NCBI GenBank assembly: GCA_963727805.1
Contig: CAVSHF010000003.1
Location: 928,001 to 992,000 of the forward strand
Direction: 5' to 3'
Source: an uncultured Nitrospiraceae bacterium
GTDB taxonomy: Bacteria; Nitrospirota; Thermodesulfovibrionia; Thermodesulfovibrionales; Dissulfurispiraceae
DNA length: 64,000 nucleotides
Below the pieces are notes generated by a model. The model was not told where the DNA came from. It searched no databases and saw only the letters and a program-made list of their open reading frames with translations. Each line of letters begins with the position of its first letter. Within the stretch, counting starts at the first letter, position 1. This document shows, in pieces, positions 1 through 10,375 of this stretch. Position numbers and translations under genes: made by a program.

Positions 1-584
1 GTTGTGTCAGTCGCCTCGATGATTCCATTTGCCAGGTTTACATTAACTATTTCCCAGCCCATCTTTGACGCCACTGCGACCGCGCGATCAAAGGCCTTGA
101 CTGGAGGCAAAGCAAGCATCAGAGGCATTATGTCGGGATATGCTTTGTGTTGCTGTGCTGCAACATCAGGCCCACCATATGCCACGGGATTTGAAGCATT
201 GCGCCGCACTTTTAAAATTGCGGCAAACTCGGGTGGATTTTCAGTATCTGTTGTGATGTCATGAATGGATGGCACATGGTGAGCAGTTAGCCACATCGAC
301 AGCGGGACGCCCAATGCTAATATGCAAATGACTACCCCAATCAAAAAAAATGCTAGGGCATTTTTCCTTTTCTTGATTGCAGATAGAATTACACCGATCA
401 CAGATACGATGACAACCATGGATTCTGCGTATGCGGCCCATTTCAAAATTATCAAGCCCGTATGGAAATCCCACCATCCCCGGCGATTTCCTAACCCTGC
501 CAGCATGGCAATAAAAGCACAACATAAAGCCAAGCTTGCAGCAAGAAGCGAAAAAGTGAGACGGGATCTGTTTCGGTAAGACAT
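1..584 (-). CDS. DUF1499-like membrane protein, partial (3' end runs off the window; not in ORF track)
   Basis: Manual translation from ATG at 584: MSYRNRSRLTFSLLAASLAL...three hydrophobic segments...VPSIHDITTDTENPPEF...QHKAYPDI...GWEIV...GIIEATDT, with no stop before position 1. PxIHDITTD is typical of DUF1499. Confidence 0.8.
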   Translation of the reverse strand, partial: MSYRNRSRLTFSLLAASLALCCAFIAMLAGLGNRRGWWDFHTGLIILKWAAYAESMVVIVSVIGVILSAIKKRKNALAFFLIGVVICILALGVPLSMWLTAHHVPSIHDITTDTENPPEFAAILKVRRNASNPVAYGGPDVAAQQHKAYPDIMPLMLALPPVKAFDRAVAVASKMGWEIVNVNLANGIIEATDT

Positions 585-603
585 TCCCTTTAGCAGTATC
601 TTC

Positions 604-906
604 CTATGCAGGAAGCTTGGCTGCCAAAACATCGACCTTTTCGATGCTCGGCGGTTGAGAAAAAAGCTCATTGGCACGCGCCATCAATGCGGCAGCAACT
701 TGGCCAGCGAGGTGCGCTTGACGTCCTGCTTCATCGGGGAAGGCATCGAAAATACCGAATGTGGACGGTCCAAGTCGGATTGCAAACCATGCAGTTGTTG
801 CTTTCTCCTGTTGAACCAATTGCAGTCCTCCACGCAAGAAGCTTTCAACATCTTTCTCTTTTCCCGGTTTTGCTTCCAGCCGAACAAATAACGCGACATT
901 AACCAT
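604..906 (-). CDS. Antibiotic biosynthesis monooxygenase (ABM) family / putative quinol monooxygenase
   Basis: LFVRLEAKPGKE...FGIFDAFPDEAGRQAHL; AAGGAG RBS upstream. Confidence 0.85.
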   Translation of the reverse strand: MVNVALFVRLEAKPGKEKDVESFLRGGLQLVQQEKATTAWFAIRLGPSTFGIFDAFPDEAGRQAHLAGQVAAALMARANELFSQPPSIEKVDVLAAKLPA

Positions 907-1037
907 GTTATTTCTCCTTTCGTTAAATCTAGTCTCTGTAAGAGACGTCAGCGCCTTTTATGGCCATTACAAATTACTGGACGTCTGTTGCCTACTATAT
1001 TCCTTCATACCTGCAGCCTCTCCGCGTGTACAAATAT

Positions 1038-1241
1038 CTATAGCTTATGAGATTCTCTCCGCAGCATAAGAGCGAGCCCAACCGTAATTAGAAAACCAGG
1101 GACACTAAACCATATCGGAACAAGCCAGCCGTTCACGGTAATGTCCCAGCCAAAAAACAGCCTTAGGAGATGCATCAAGGAAATAACAGCAAATACCACA
1201 ACAGCGACATTTGTAAAGGGCTTCATTATTTCATTACCCAT
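1038..1241 (-). CDS. Small two-TM membrane protein
   Basis: Two hydrophobic helices and an HLLRLFFGW motif; the true start may be the later MKPF. Confidence 0.65.
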   Translation of the reverse strand: MGNEIMKPFTNVAVVVFAVISLMHLLRLFFGWDITVNGWLVPIWFSVPGFLITVGLALMLRRESHKL

Positions 1242-1382
1242 GCTTTGAAGATATCAACATTACTTATAGATTGCCAGTCACCTAACTATATGTAAAAGCT
1301 TAGTTGGAATATTCAAGTTTTTTTCACTCTTCGTGAATCTAACTTGATCCTTAGAGAAAAGGGCAAACTGTTTGCGAAAGGC

Positions 1383-2333
1383 TTAGTAGGCACTCGCTTT
1401 ATTCAACAGCTCTATTGAAGAATGATCCAGCTTAAGTTTTACCGACTCGACCAGGTCAGTTAGCTGTCCCAGGCTTGTCACACTGGCAATGGGTGCAGTG
1501 ATGCTAGGCCGCGCCATCAGCCAGGCAAGGGATACTCTCGCCGGCGTTGAGTTATGTCGTTTTGCCGCTTGATCCAGAGCCCCAATGATCCGGATCCCGC
1601 GAACAGTAAGATATTTCCTGACGAACTCACTTCTTGCACTCTTCGACAAATCCTTTTCGAACCGGTATTTGCCGGTCAGAAATCCGCTGGCCAACGAGAA
1701 GTAGGTAATTACACCCAATTCCTTTTCCGTGCAGAGAGTTTCAAGATTCGTTTCGTAGTCGGCGCGATCATAGAGATTATAAAGCGGCTGCAGACTCTGA
1801 TAACTGGGATATCCATGCTGTTTGCTAACCTGCAATGCCTGTGATAGTCGATCTGCGGTAAAATTCGAGGCGCCGATGACCCTAACCTTTCCCTGCTTGA
1901 TCAATTGCGCATATGCTTCAAAGGTTTCTTCCATAGGCGTATCGGGATCATCAAAGTGGGACTGATACAGATCGATGTAGTCCGTCTGAAGTCGTTTTAG
2001 CGATGCCTCTACTGCACGCAATATATATTGTTTTGAGAGCCCTTTTTTATGAGATCCCATTACACTTCCAACCTTGGTGGAGATGACAACTTTTCCCCTA
2101 TTCATGCCGTTCTTTAGCCAATTGCCGATAATGGTCTCGGATTCTCCGCCTTTGTTACCCGTTACCCACCTTGAATACGAATCTGCAGTGTCAATAAAAT
2201 TGAATCCTGACGCCACGAACGCGTCCAATATCTTAAACGCTGTCCGCTGATCCACCGTCCACCCAAAGACGTTGCCCCCAAGGACTATTGGAGACACTGC
2301 CAAGATAGAATGCCCAAGTCGCCGTTTTTTCAT
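1383..2333 (-). CDS. Aldo/keto reductase
   Basis: LGGNVFGW, FIDTADSY, SLKRLQTDYIDLYQSH and IGASNF motifs. Confidence 0.95.
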   Translation of the reverse strand: MKKRRLGHSILAVSPIVLGGNVFGWTVDQRTAFKILDAFVASGFNFIDTADSYSRWVTGNKGGESETIIGNWLKNGMNRGKVVISTKVGSVMGSHKKGLSKQYILRAVEASLKRLQTDYIDLYQSHFDDPDTPMEETFEAYAQLIKQGKVRVIGASNFTADRLSQALQVSKQHGYPSYQSLQPLYNLYDRADYETNLETLCTEKELGVITYFSLASGFLTGKYRFEKDLSKSARSEFVRKYLTVRGIRIIGALDQAAKRHNSTPARVSLAWLMARPSITAPIASVTSLGQLTDLVESVKLKLDHSSIELLNKASAY

Positions 2334-2368
2334 CGACTCCCCCGATATTCAGAGTTCGAGTTTAAAGT

Positions 2369-2914
2369 TTATGGTTCTGCGCCATAGAAGTAATAGATAG
2401 CTTTATAAGGTACTCGTATCTTTTTGCCTGCCTGCTCCTCTCCGCATCCTTCAGTAGGAGCCTTTCCTCCGACAGTTTCAACACGCTGAATCCTTTCTAC
2501 ATGGCTAAAGACACCCGATCCTGAATTGGATTTTGCCTTTAACAGCAGCCATTGAATGGAATTTGTGTCGGGCCCATTGTATAGCGCCTCAAATGCACCC
2601 ACCACCTTACTTCCATCATTGGCTTCCCAAGTCGGCCCTGCATAGTGTTTGCCTATCCGTTTGTCCGAGCTGTCGAAAAGTTCAGCCTCAGGCGCCGTAA
2701 AAACCCATCGAAACTTTGACGGATCGGTTTGATTTTTACGGCACTCATATATTTGGACGCCGATGCCGCGTGCCTCAACCGATAACTTCTGACTTGATGA
2801 AACTTTCAGTGCGTCAGGAACTACCGGGACTGTTGCAGCAATTGCAGTTTCATAGCCGGCACAGAGTGAGACAAGTGCTGCGACTATTATTGGGGTTACT
2901 TTTTGTTTTGCCAT
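2369..2914 (-). CDS. DUF3455 family secreted protein
   Basis: GVQIYEC, APEAELF, GKHYAGPTW, IQRVETVGGKAP and VPYKAIYYFY. Start re-called to ATG 2914 (MAKQK), which has a GGAGGAG RBS and a signal peptide. Confidence 0.85.
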   Translation of the reverse strand: MAKQKVTPIIVAALVSLCAGYETAIAATVPVVPDALKVSSSQKLSVEARGIGVQIYECRKNQTDPSKFRWVFTAPEAELFDSSDKRIGKHYAGPTWEANDGSKVVGAFEALYNGPDTNSIQWLLLKAKSNSGSGVFSHVERIQRVETVGGKAPTEGCGEEQAGKKIRVPYKAIYYFYGAEP

Positions 2915-3014
2915 CGTTATCTCCTCCGCAACTTGATAACCTTCGGTATGCCTTGCATCGATGCATTCATTGTCGACGTCATGATTCTCCCCGCCGTAGA
3001 TCAGAAAAGTCCTC

Positions 3015-3923
3015 TCAGCCGCGGTACTTGATAAAAGTGCCCTTTTCGAACTCATCGAAGGCGACCCGCAACTCTTCCTGGGTATTCATTACAATTGGCC
3101 CATACCATGCTACCGGTTCGCCGACTGGTCTGCCCGATACTAGAAGAAAGCGGACTGATGATTGTTCTGTCTTCACCTCAACTTCTTCTCCATTACGTTC
3201 ATAAAGGACAAGGGACTCTGCACCGAATCTACAGTCTCTCTTAATGTCGAAGTAATTCTCGCCTATCGCTTCATGGGAGAAGGGGTTCCGCTCATTGTCA
3301 AAATATGCACTCCCGGCTATTACATAGGCAAAAACCGCATGACCCGGTGGCACCGAATGAATAAAAGTCGTGCCTGCAGGCATTGAGACGTCGAAGTATT
3401 GCGGCTCAGCGACAATGTCATGCACGGGCCCAGTAACTCCGTCGATAGTTCCACAAATTACCTTCACCTCGGCTCCTGAAGCTAGGCCTTTCTCCGGAAT
3501 CTCGTTGTGTGTAATGCCACGATAACGCGGATCCATCATCTTGTGTTTTGCCGGCAGGTTGGCCCAGAGCTGAAAACCCTGTAGAATTTTATCTCTGCTG
3601 CCTTTTGGCATCTCTTGGTGAATTATCCCGCTGCCCGCCGTCATCCACTGAACGTCCCCAGGCGAAATGATTCCGCTATTTCCCATGCTGTCGCCATGCT
3701 CTACTGTCCCTTGCAAGACATAAGTAATAGTCTCGATTCCCCGGTGCGGATGCCACGGAAATCCGGCAAGATAATGGTCAGGATTATTAGAATAGAAATC
3801 ATCAAGTAGCAGAAATGGATCCAGTTCCGGGACCTGATAGTATCCGAACGCACGCTTAAGATGAACGCCAGCTCCTTCAACTGTGGGTTTACTCTTCCAT
3901 ACTTTTTGTATTTTCTTTACCAT
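3015..3923 (-). CDS. Pirin family protein
   Basis: DPFLLLD, GFPWHPHRGIETITY, VQWMTAGSGIIHQE and YGPIVMNT motifs. Confidence 0.95.
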   Translation of the reverse strand: MVKKIQKVWKSKPTVEGAGVHLKRAFGYYQVPELDPFLLLDDFYSNNPDHYLAGFPWHPHRGIETITYVLQGTVEHGDSMGNSGIISPGDVQWMTAGSGIIHQEMPKGSRDKILQGFQLWANLPAKHKMMDPRYRGITHNEIPEKGLASGAEVKVICGTIDGVTGPVHDIVAEPQYFDVSMPAGTTFIHSVPPGHAVFAYVIAGSAYFDNERNPFSHEAIGENYFDIKRDCRFGAESLVLYERNGEEVEVKTEQSSVRFLLVSGRPVGEPVAWYGPIVMNTQEELRVAFDEFEKGTFIKYRG

Positions 3924-4170
3924 GGGTCAGATATCCTCCTGGCAAATGTGATTCTTCTTATTAAATTCTATCAACTTCAGCGGAAATTGCGACAAGCAGC
4001 GATAAGTTCGATCTACGTACTTGCAACAACGCAGCACATCCTGTTTCATTGGATTATGAACCAACATTGACCTTCTTTTACAAAATCAGCTTATGCGTAT
4101 AATTAACTTAACATGGTGATTGCTGATCGCTTAGGTATTTTAATCTCGCATTAGCACAAGGGAGGTTGGT

Positions 4171-5040
4171 GTGATTAATGATTGGCTATCAAATGCATAC
4201 GAGGGCATGTCTCGGCGGCAATTTCTCGCTCGTATCAGCGCAATGGGAGTAGGCTTGACAGGTTTCGCAACCGCCTCAAGTTCGTTGGCGGGCGAGCTTA
4301 TTACTACGCCCACTGCAGGGATCACTGTGGCCGATGGTAAGGTGATCTCCCGTGATTTCCCGATCCCCATTTATGAGGCATTTCCGTCGGCTCATGGGAA
4401 ATATCCGATTCTGATCGTCATTCCTGAAATATTCGGCATGCATGAGCATATTAAAGATGTCGCTCGCCGTTTTGCCAAGGAGGGGTTCCTGAGCATCACC
4501 TTTGAACCTTATGCTCGGGAGGGAGGAGTATTGAACCTTCCCGATATACCATCCGTACGGAAGGTGGCAGATTCGGTTCCCGACAAAAGAGTAATGTCTG
4601 ATCTGGACGCCATAGTGTCTTATGCCAAGCAACATAAGGCCGGGCTCAGACATCGGATAGGCGTTACAGGTTTCTGCAGAGGCGGCATGTACACCCTGCT
4701 CTATGCTGCCCACAATCATGAGTTGAACGCCGCCGTTGCCTGGTACGGTCAGCTCAGACCTGACAAGAAACGGGGTGTCCGCACAGTCGGTCCGCTCGAG
4801 ATCGCAACGCACATCAACTGTCCCATCCTCGGTTTGTATGGCGGAGACGATGTCGGCATACCGGTATCTGATGTCAGGGAAATAGAGACTATCCTCAAAG
4901 AAGCTGGTAAAACCGCCGAGTTCGTGATTTACCCAGGGGCACCACACGCATTTTTCGCGGACTATCGCCCCAGCTACCGGCCCGATGCAGCTAGGGATGC
5001 ATGGAGGCGTTGCGTCACTTGGTTCCTCAAATATCTTTAA
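4171..5040 (+). CDS. Dienelactone hydrolase family protein with Tat-like signal
   Basis: SRRQFL twin-arginine motif; EIFG; GFCRGG nucleophile; YPGAPHAFFADYRPSY. Confidence 0.9.
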   Translation: MINDWLSNAYEGMSRRQFLARISAMGVGLTGFATASSSLAGELITTPTAGITVADGKVISRDFPIPIYEAFPSAHGKYPILIVIPEIFGMHEHIKDVARRFAKEGFLSITFEPYAREGGVLNLPDIPSVRKVADSVPDKRVMSDLDAIVSYAKQHKAGLRHRIGVTGFCRGGMYTLLYAAHNHELNAAVAWYGQLRPDKKRGVRTVGPLEIATHINCPILGLYGGDDVGIPVSDVREIETILKEAGKTAEFVIYPGAPHAFFADYRPSYRPDAARDAWRRCVTWFLKYL

Positions 5041-5203
5041 ATATATGGTGAGCTGTCATGACATTTTTTATGATGTGCCTCACGATATAGACAAATACAC
5101 CTTGCACCCTCACTTTTAGCAATTCCGTCGGTCACGCGCTATGGTATCATTAATAGTCTTATACATTCAGTTGGGGAGAAGGACAATATCTTATAAGTAA
5201 ATT

Positions 5204-5605
5204 ATGGATCGAGAAAACACTAGAAGACATGAACGCGTAGAGACAAACGTGAAAGTGAAATTGCCAGGCGATACGATGTGGACCGAGTGTGCGACCTCCA
5301 ATGTGAGTGGCAGCGGCCTTTTCTTCGAAGCGGCCCGGCAATTGAGTGTCGGGGATTTTGTTGCCCTTCAGTTTATGCTCCAGTCCAAAGCCGGCACCGC
5401 TTCAAACGTTCACTTTTTCGCTTCCGCCCAGGTCATCAGGGTTATTCCGAAAGCTGATATTTACCAGATCGCCGTTAAGTTCATTCTCGATGATGATTTA
5501 AAAAAAGAGATACTTAAAATGATAATGATGATCAAGAGCCAAAATCTCAGAGTAACTCATCCCACAATTAGCAACAAGTTATTCGGAAAGATCAAACCAG
5601 AGTAA
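5204..5605 (+). CDS. PilZ domain protein (c-di-GMP receptor)
   Basis: RRHER (RxxxR) and NVSGSG (D/NxSxxG) motifs. Confidence 0.85.
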   Translation: MDRENTRRHERVETNVKVKLPGDTMWTECATSNVSGSGLFFEAARQLSVGDFVALQFMLQSKAGTASNVHFFASAQVIRVIPKADIYQIAVKFILDDDLKKEILKMIMMIKSQNLRVTHPTISNKLFGKIKPE

Positions 5606-5724
5606 GGCCTCGTATTTGCGCGATTCTAATTCTCCGCTTCCCTATGTCGGCTGCCCATTTGCTTGTTAATTTCCAGATGCATCAAGAGCCTTGTCGTACC
5701 TTGCATCTTTTTCTGCAACACTGA

Positions 5725-8220
5725 CTATGATATCAGATCGCTTTGTGCAGGGATTGTGAAATAAAATGTCGAACCCGTGCCCGGTTGCGATTCCAACCAA
5801 ATCCTTCCGCTATGCCGCTCTATTACCTTCTTGCAGATTGCCAGGCCTATTCCAGTTCCTGGATATTCTTTTCTGTTATGCAGTCGCTGAAAGAGCGAAA
5901 ATATTCGCTCAAAATATTCAGACGCGATGCCGATGCCGTTATCACGGATGGAAAAGACCCATTCGTTTCCTTGCTTATGAGCCGAAATATGGATGCGGGG
6001 CGCCTGGTCGCCGCAAAACTTGATAGAGTTGCCTATAAGATTCTGGAAAAGTTGCACAAGCTGGATGTCATCCCCCATCACTACTGGCAGCGCGTCCCGC
6101 GTAACCACCGCACCGCTCTGTTCAATACCCACCAGCAAATTTGACAGCGCACGATCAAGCGCAACCTCACTGGATACGGGCTTGAATTGCCTACCCCAGG
6201 ATCCCACCCGCGAATAGGCAAGAAGATCGGTGATTAAGCTCTGCATCCGGTCGACTCCGTCCACCGCATAATTGATGAAATCGTCGGCGTTCTGATCAAG
6301 TCTGCCTTTATAGCGTCTCTCCAAAAGTTGAACGAAACTTGATACCATTCGGAGCGGCTCCTGCAAGTCGTGCGACGTTATATAGGCGAATTGTTCCAGT
6401 TCTGTATTGGAACGGGCCAATTCCTCCACAGCCTGTGTTAGCCTCTCCTCCGCGCGTTTGCGTTCAGTAATGTCTCTAAAAGTTACAACTGCTCCAACAA
6501 GTTTGCCGTCTTCCTTAATAGGAGTACTGGTATATGCGACCGGAAAAGATGAATGGTCCTTTCTCCAAAAGACCTCATCACTCACATGATGAACAGAACC
6601 CTCCTTAACCGTTTTGTATATTGGGCATTCATCTTCTGCATATGGACTTCCATCTACTTTTGTGTGATGAAACATTGCGTGGCTCTGCTGATTCAGTAGT
6701 TCCTCAATTGCATACCCAAGCATTTCAGCAGCAACAGGATTAACAAAGGTATAATTTCCGTCTGAATCCAATCCGAATATCCCCTCTCCCGCTGAGTTTA
6801 AAAGCAGTTCCTTCTCAATCTTAAGTCGTTCAATTTTCTGCTCTGCCTGCTTGCGCTCATCAATTTCGAGGGATAGTTGTGTATTGGATTCATTTAATTC
6901 AGCGGTCCGTTCCTTAACCCGTAATTCTAATTCCTCATGCGATCTCCTGAGAGCTTCTTCCATTTTCTTGCGCTCGGTGATATCCATATTAATCCCTAAA
7001 ATGCCCAGGATTGTTTCTCCATCAAATATGGGAGAAATTATGTTGTGGAACGATCTTTCTTCGCCTCCGACAAAATAATTCACGTCACCATATACAGTTC
7101 CACCGGCCAAGGCTCTCCTGTTATTTTCCTGCCATATTGACAGGATATCAGCGTCTATACTCACATCTTCAGGCCGTTTTCCAATAATATTACCCCAACT
7201 TTTTATGCTTGTTGAGTTCTGCATGATATATCGGCTATCTTTACCTATCATCCAGAAATCAAAAGGTAAACTTTCAATAGCAGTCCTAAATCTGTATTCG
7301 CTCTCGCGAAGAGTCTGTTCTGTCTTCTTGCGCTCCGTGATGTCCTGAATGTGGGTGACGATGTATAGCGGCCTGCCTTGGATGTCGCTCACCAAAGCCG
7401 TGCTCATGTCGCCCCAGATGACAGTGCCATCTTTTCGGATATAGCGTTTCTCCATGCGGAACGTCGGCATCTCGCCGCTGATGACCCGCTGCACGCCCGG
7501 AAGGTTCACTACCAAATCCTCACGATGCGTAATCTCGGCGAAACTGCGTCCCAGCAACTCTGCCTCGGAGAAGCCCAACATTCGGCAAAAAGCGGAATTA
7601 ACCTTCAGGAGCCTACTATCGGGGGAGGTCAAAGCCATAGCGATGGCGCCATTCTCAAACGCCGCTCGAAACCGCTCCTCGCTTTCCCTTAGAGTTTCTT
7701 CCGCCCTCTTGCGCTCGGTTATGTCACGGACAACAGATACGGACCCAATGATATTACCACTGGCATCCTTAACCGGAGTAGAACTGACTTGGCGATATCG
7801 CAACTCCCCACTTCTGGGAGTTCGTATTATCTGTTCCTCATTCCTTACGACCTCACCTTTGAGTGCTCGTAGCGGTGGAGCCTCCTCAACAGGCCGTTGC
7901 GTACCATCAGGACGATACACTTCAACACTCTGAGCCAGCCTTTCCACGTCAATTCCACCTGCGGTGTCCAGACCGAACTCTTGGAGAGCAGATGCATTTG
8001 CCAAAGTAAATCTCTTTTGCGTGTCAGCATACCAAATCTCATCGCTAATGCTGTTTACCAGAGCCGCTAGTCTATCTCTATCCTCTCGAACGGATCGCGA
8101 GAATTGCTGCATTTCAGAGCGCTCCATGTATTCGACCTGTTGACGAAGTAGTTTTAATTCATCAATGAGTTGAGCTTTCGTCTTTTTTTTATCATCCACG
8201 CTCGTCTCCGTAATATGCAC
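5725..8220 (-). CDS. Multi-PAS sensor histidine kinase
   Basis: Four PAS/PAC repeats ending DITERK; H-box FAYITSHDLQEPLR; N, G1, F and G2 boxes (QNLIGNS, DNGIGI, FQRLH, GTGIGLAI). Confidence 0.95.
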   Translation of the reverse strand: MHITETSVDDKKKTKAQLIDELKLLRQQVEYMERSEMQQFSRSVREDRDRLAALVNSISDEIWYADTQKRFTLANASALQEFGLDTAGGIDVERLAQSVEVYRPDGTQRPVEEAPPLRALKGEVVRNEEQIIRTPRSGELRYRQVSSTPVKDASGNIIGSVSVVRDITERKRAEETLRESEERFRAAFENGAIAMALTSPDSRLLKVNSAFCRMLGFSEAELLGRSFAEITHREDLVVNLPGVQRVISGEMPTFRMEKRYIRKDGTVIWGDMSTALVSDIQGRPLYIVTHIQDITERKKTEQTLRESEYRFRTAIESLPFDFWMIGKDSRYIMQNSTSIKSWGNIIGKRPEDVSIDADILSIWQENNRRALAGGTVYGDVNYFVGGEERSFHNIISPIFDGETILGILGINMDITERKKMEEALRRSHEELELRVKERTAELNESNTQLSLEIDERKQAEQKIERLKIEKELLLNSAGEGIFGLDSDGNYTFVNPVAAEMLGYAIEELLNQQSHAMFHHTKVDGSPYAEDECPIYKTVKEGSVHHVSDEVFWRKDHSSFPVAYTSTPIKEDGKLVGAVVTFRDITERKRAEERLTQAVEELARSNTELEQFAYITSHDLQEPLRMVSSFVQLLERRYKGRLDQNADDFINYAVDGVDRMQSLITDLLAYSRVGSWGRQFKPVSSEVALDRALSNLLVGIEQSGAVVTRDALPVVMGDDIQLVQLFQNLIGNSIKFCGDQAPRIHISAHKQGNEWVFSIRDNGIGIASEYFERIFSLFQRLHNRKEYPGTGIGLAICKKVIERHSGRIWLESQPGTGSTFYFTIPAQSDLIS

Positions 8221-8523
8221 AACGATCTAGCATGCATTCATAGATTGTCGATGCAAAGAAGGTGCACTGCCCCATCTCCCCGTTGTTTTTTGGCGACTGA
8301 ATTCTATTCAATATGCGAATTTCCGTCTATAGTTTTTTGAGCAGGATCTTTGTGAATATTCCATCACAGTTGATCTCTTGAGACTTATTTGCACTCCAGC
8401 AAGTTTTTTATCCACACCGTTAAAATGATTACAGGAATTCCCCATTCGTAAAGATATTTCTCCATGGTTTCCTCCATATTCAATCTTCATATATATGCTG
8501 TATCGTAGCGGAGGGGATACTGT

Positions 8524-8829
8524 TTATTCTATGTGTGATTTCGCTGTTCTAATTGCAAGGTCTTTGTCTTTTGTAATTAATTGCCACTCCATTCCTGAGG
8601 AGTGTATGCCAGCTTTCTTGTCTTGACCCCGGCAGATATACCAGTGTCCAAAACGCTCAACAGTAGAAAACGGGTGATTCTCCGTGCAGAGAAGTCCGCA
8701 AGGCTTAATCTCTTCGAAGAAAATAGTCTCAGCAGGTTTTTCATCAAAAGATAAGTTAGCCGGTATTACTATCTGAGATACGTCCAATCCTTCCGCTTCT
8801 CTTTCATCCAACCATTCTGACATCGTCAT
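8524..8829 (-). CDS. Hypothetical protein
   Basis: 101-aa ORF with GAGGTG RBS and protein-like composition; no family recognised. Confidence 0.65.
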   Translation of the reverse strand: MTMSEWLDEREAEGLDVSQIVIPANLSFDEKPAETIFFEEIKPCGLLCTENHPFSTVERFGHWYICRGQDKKAGIHSSGMEWQLITKDKDLAIRTAKSHIE

Positions 8830-9088
8830 TTCAGCACCTCACAATCCATGGCTTCCCTTAGTCAGCTTTTTTAGTTTATCGGCATTGAATTCGATCCACC
8901 ATTGGCGTCCAATTTTGATCCGCTCATCATCATGCTAACTGCTTTTACAGCAATGTGCTCCGCTGTCCTAAGTTGGCTCAAAGTTGACTGCCTATAATGC
9001 CAAATAGTGGGTCAAACGGCCGGGCCTGCTCTGTTGGCAAACCCTCTCATATTTTACCTCCATGTGGGATCAGGAATCCTATAGTTGC

Positions 9089-9532
9089 TCAATCTGATGT
9101 AACTTTAGCACGCACTTTATTATATGCCTCCTCAAGCTTGTCTTCTGCATCCTGTATCTTTTGTTTTGCCTTTTCCCATTTTGACTTGGTTTTTGCTTCC
9201 AGATGATTCATGTCTTTCTTTAACTCCGCGCGTTTCACCTTCAACTCATTCATTTCCTGTTTCACTTCGGCCTTTGCCTTTGAGCCAATCTCCTTCGTTT
9301 TTCCTTCAAGTTCATCTATTTTTTTGTCCAACACGTCAAGTCTCTCTTTCGCTCTCTTTTTAAAGTCTTCCTTCTCTTTAGAGAACTTATCCTTTGTTGA
9401 TGTCTCCCCTGTTTTTTTCTCCACAGTAGGTTTTCCTTCTTCTCCTCGGACATTTTTCATAAATCCGGGGGAAAAAAGCACCGTGAGAAACGAAATGCAG
9501 ACCACGACAAACAAATATCTATTCCTTTCCAT
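9089..9532 (-). CDS. Exported Lys/Glu-rich coiled-coil protein
   Basis: N-terminal hydrophobic signal, then highly charged helical repeats; GGAGGAG RBS. Confidence 0.75.
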   Translation of the reverse strand: MERNRYLFVVVCISFLTVLFSPGFMKNVRGEEGKPTVEKKTGETSTKDKFSKEKEDFKKRAKERLDVLDKKIDELEGKTKEIGSKAKAEVKQEMNELKVKRAELKKDMNHLEAKTKSKWEKAKQKIQDAEDKLEEAYNKVRAKVTSD

Positions 9533-9717
9533 CTTCTCCTCCTTATTCCTTTAGTATAAAAATACTCTCATTTCCATCACGTTCGTCAGTAACATCGTCC
9601 AAATCATGTTAATCCGCATTACCGGCAACAAAAGTCCCGACTTCGTACTATGCCATTCATTTATTTAATGGTACCCAATTTTCAGCTCATGACAAAGGGA
9701 GATTGAACTGAACCCTA

Positions 9718-9867
9718 TTATTCTCTGTGTCCGGTCGGCGCTATCTTCAGATAGTACTCGATCAGCTCAGCCTTCAGGATATGGTCAATAGGGTACAGAA
9801 CTTTCTTGAGGTTAGATAACTCAATCTTTCGCTTGCCAACTTCAGCTATGTGAGAATCCCTTTGCAT
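9718..9867 (-). pseudogene. ligD: 5' stub of a LigD primase-polymerase (NHEJ) gene
   Basis: Manual translation MQRDSHIAEVGKRKIELSNLKKVLYPIDHILKAELIEYYLKIAPTGHRE* matches the LigD PolDom N-terminus pattern (LSNLxKVLYP...KxxLIxYY), then stops. Confidence 0.7.
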
Positions 9868-9962
9868 GGCTAAACACTCTTATTTGTCGTCAGCCAAAAT
9901 CTTACATCAAATTCAGGTTTGTACTGATATATATTCTTATCTTTAAGCATTATACTTAAATC

Positions 9963-10127
9963 ATGATGCTAGTTAAAAAAGACAGGTACAATCACCTCCA
10001 TTACTCAGACAGTGGCATGGTCGGCAAGAGCAATGATACCAACGGAGCTGAAAATGATGGAAGTGACTGGCTATTTTTAGTAGTCGCATCCCTAGTACTT
10101 TCTATTATTATATTTTACACAAGTTAA
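9963..10127 (+). CDS. Possible 54-aa small protein with C-terminal TM helix
   Basis: MMLVKK...DWLFLVVASLVLSIIIFYTS*; no clear RBS. Confidence 0.3.
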   Translation: MMLVKKDRYNHLHYSDSGMVGKSNDTNGAENDGSDWLFLVVASLVLSIIIFYTS

Positions 10128-10305
10128 GAAACCATCCAACCCGTCTGCCCCGTTTCTCAGATTTGGAATTGCTCGGGGCCTTGTTAGTAGGGTAACTTTT
10201 CATGTCGTGTAATTTCTTCCACTGCCGGCTTTAGCTGTTTGATCGAAGGACCATAGCAGTAATCCTCTGCCATCTAATTTGTTTTACAATAAATAATTTT
10301 TCAAT

Positions 10306-10334
10306 GAGTAATTTTAAAAAGAGTAATTTTAAAA
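10306..10334. repeat. Direct repeat GAGTAATTTTAAAA x2 (15-bp period)
   Basis: Copies at 10306-10319 and 10321-10334, about 40 bp upstream of the MFS gene. Confidence 0.8.
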
Positions 10335-10375
10335 TTGATTTTTAGAAGGGTATAGTGTAAATTAAAAGTCTTTCA

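Noticed and set aside
10306..10334. 15-bp-period direct repeat as a specific operator
   Set aside because: Low-complexity AT-rich context with no regulator gene adjacent; kept only as a repeat.
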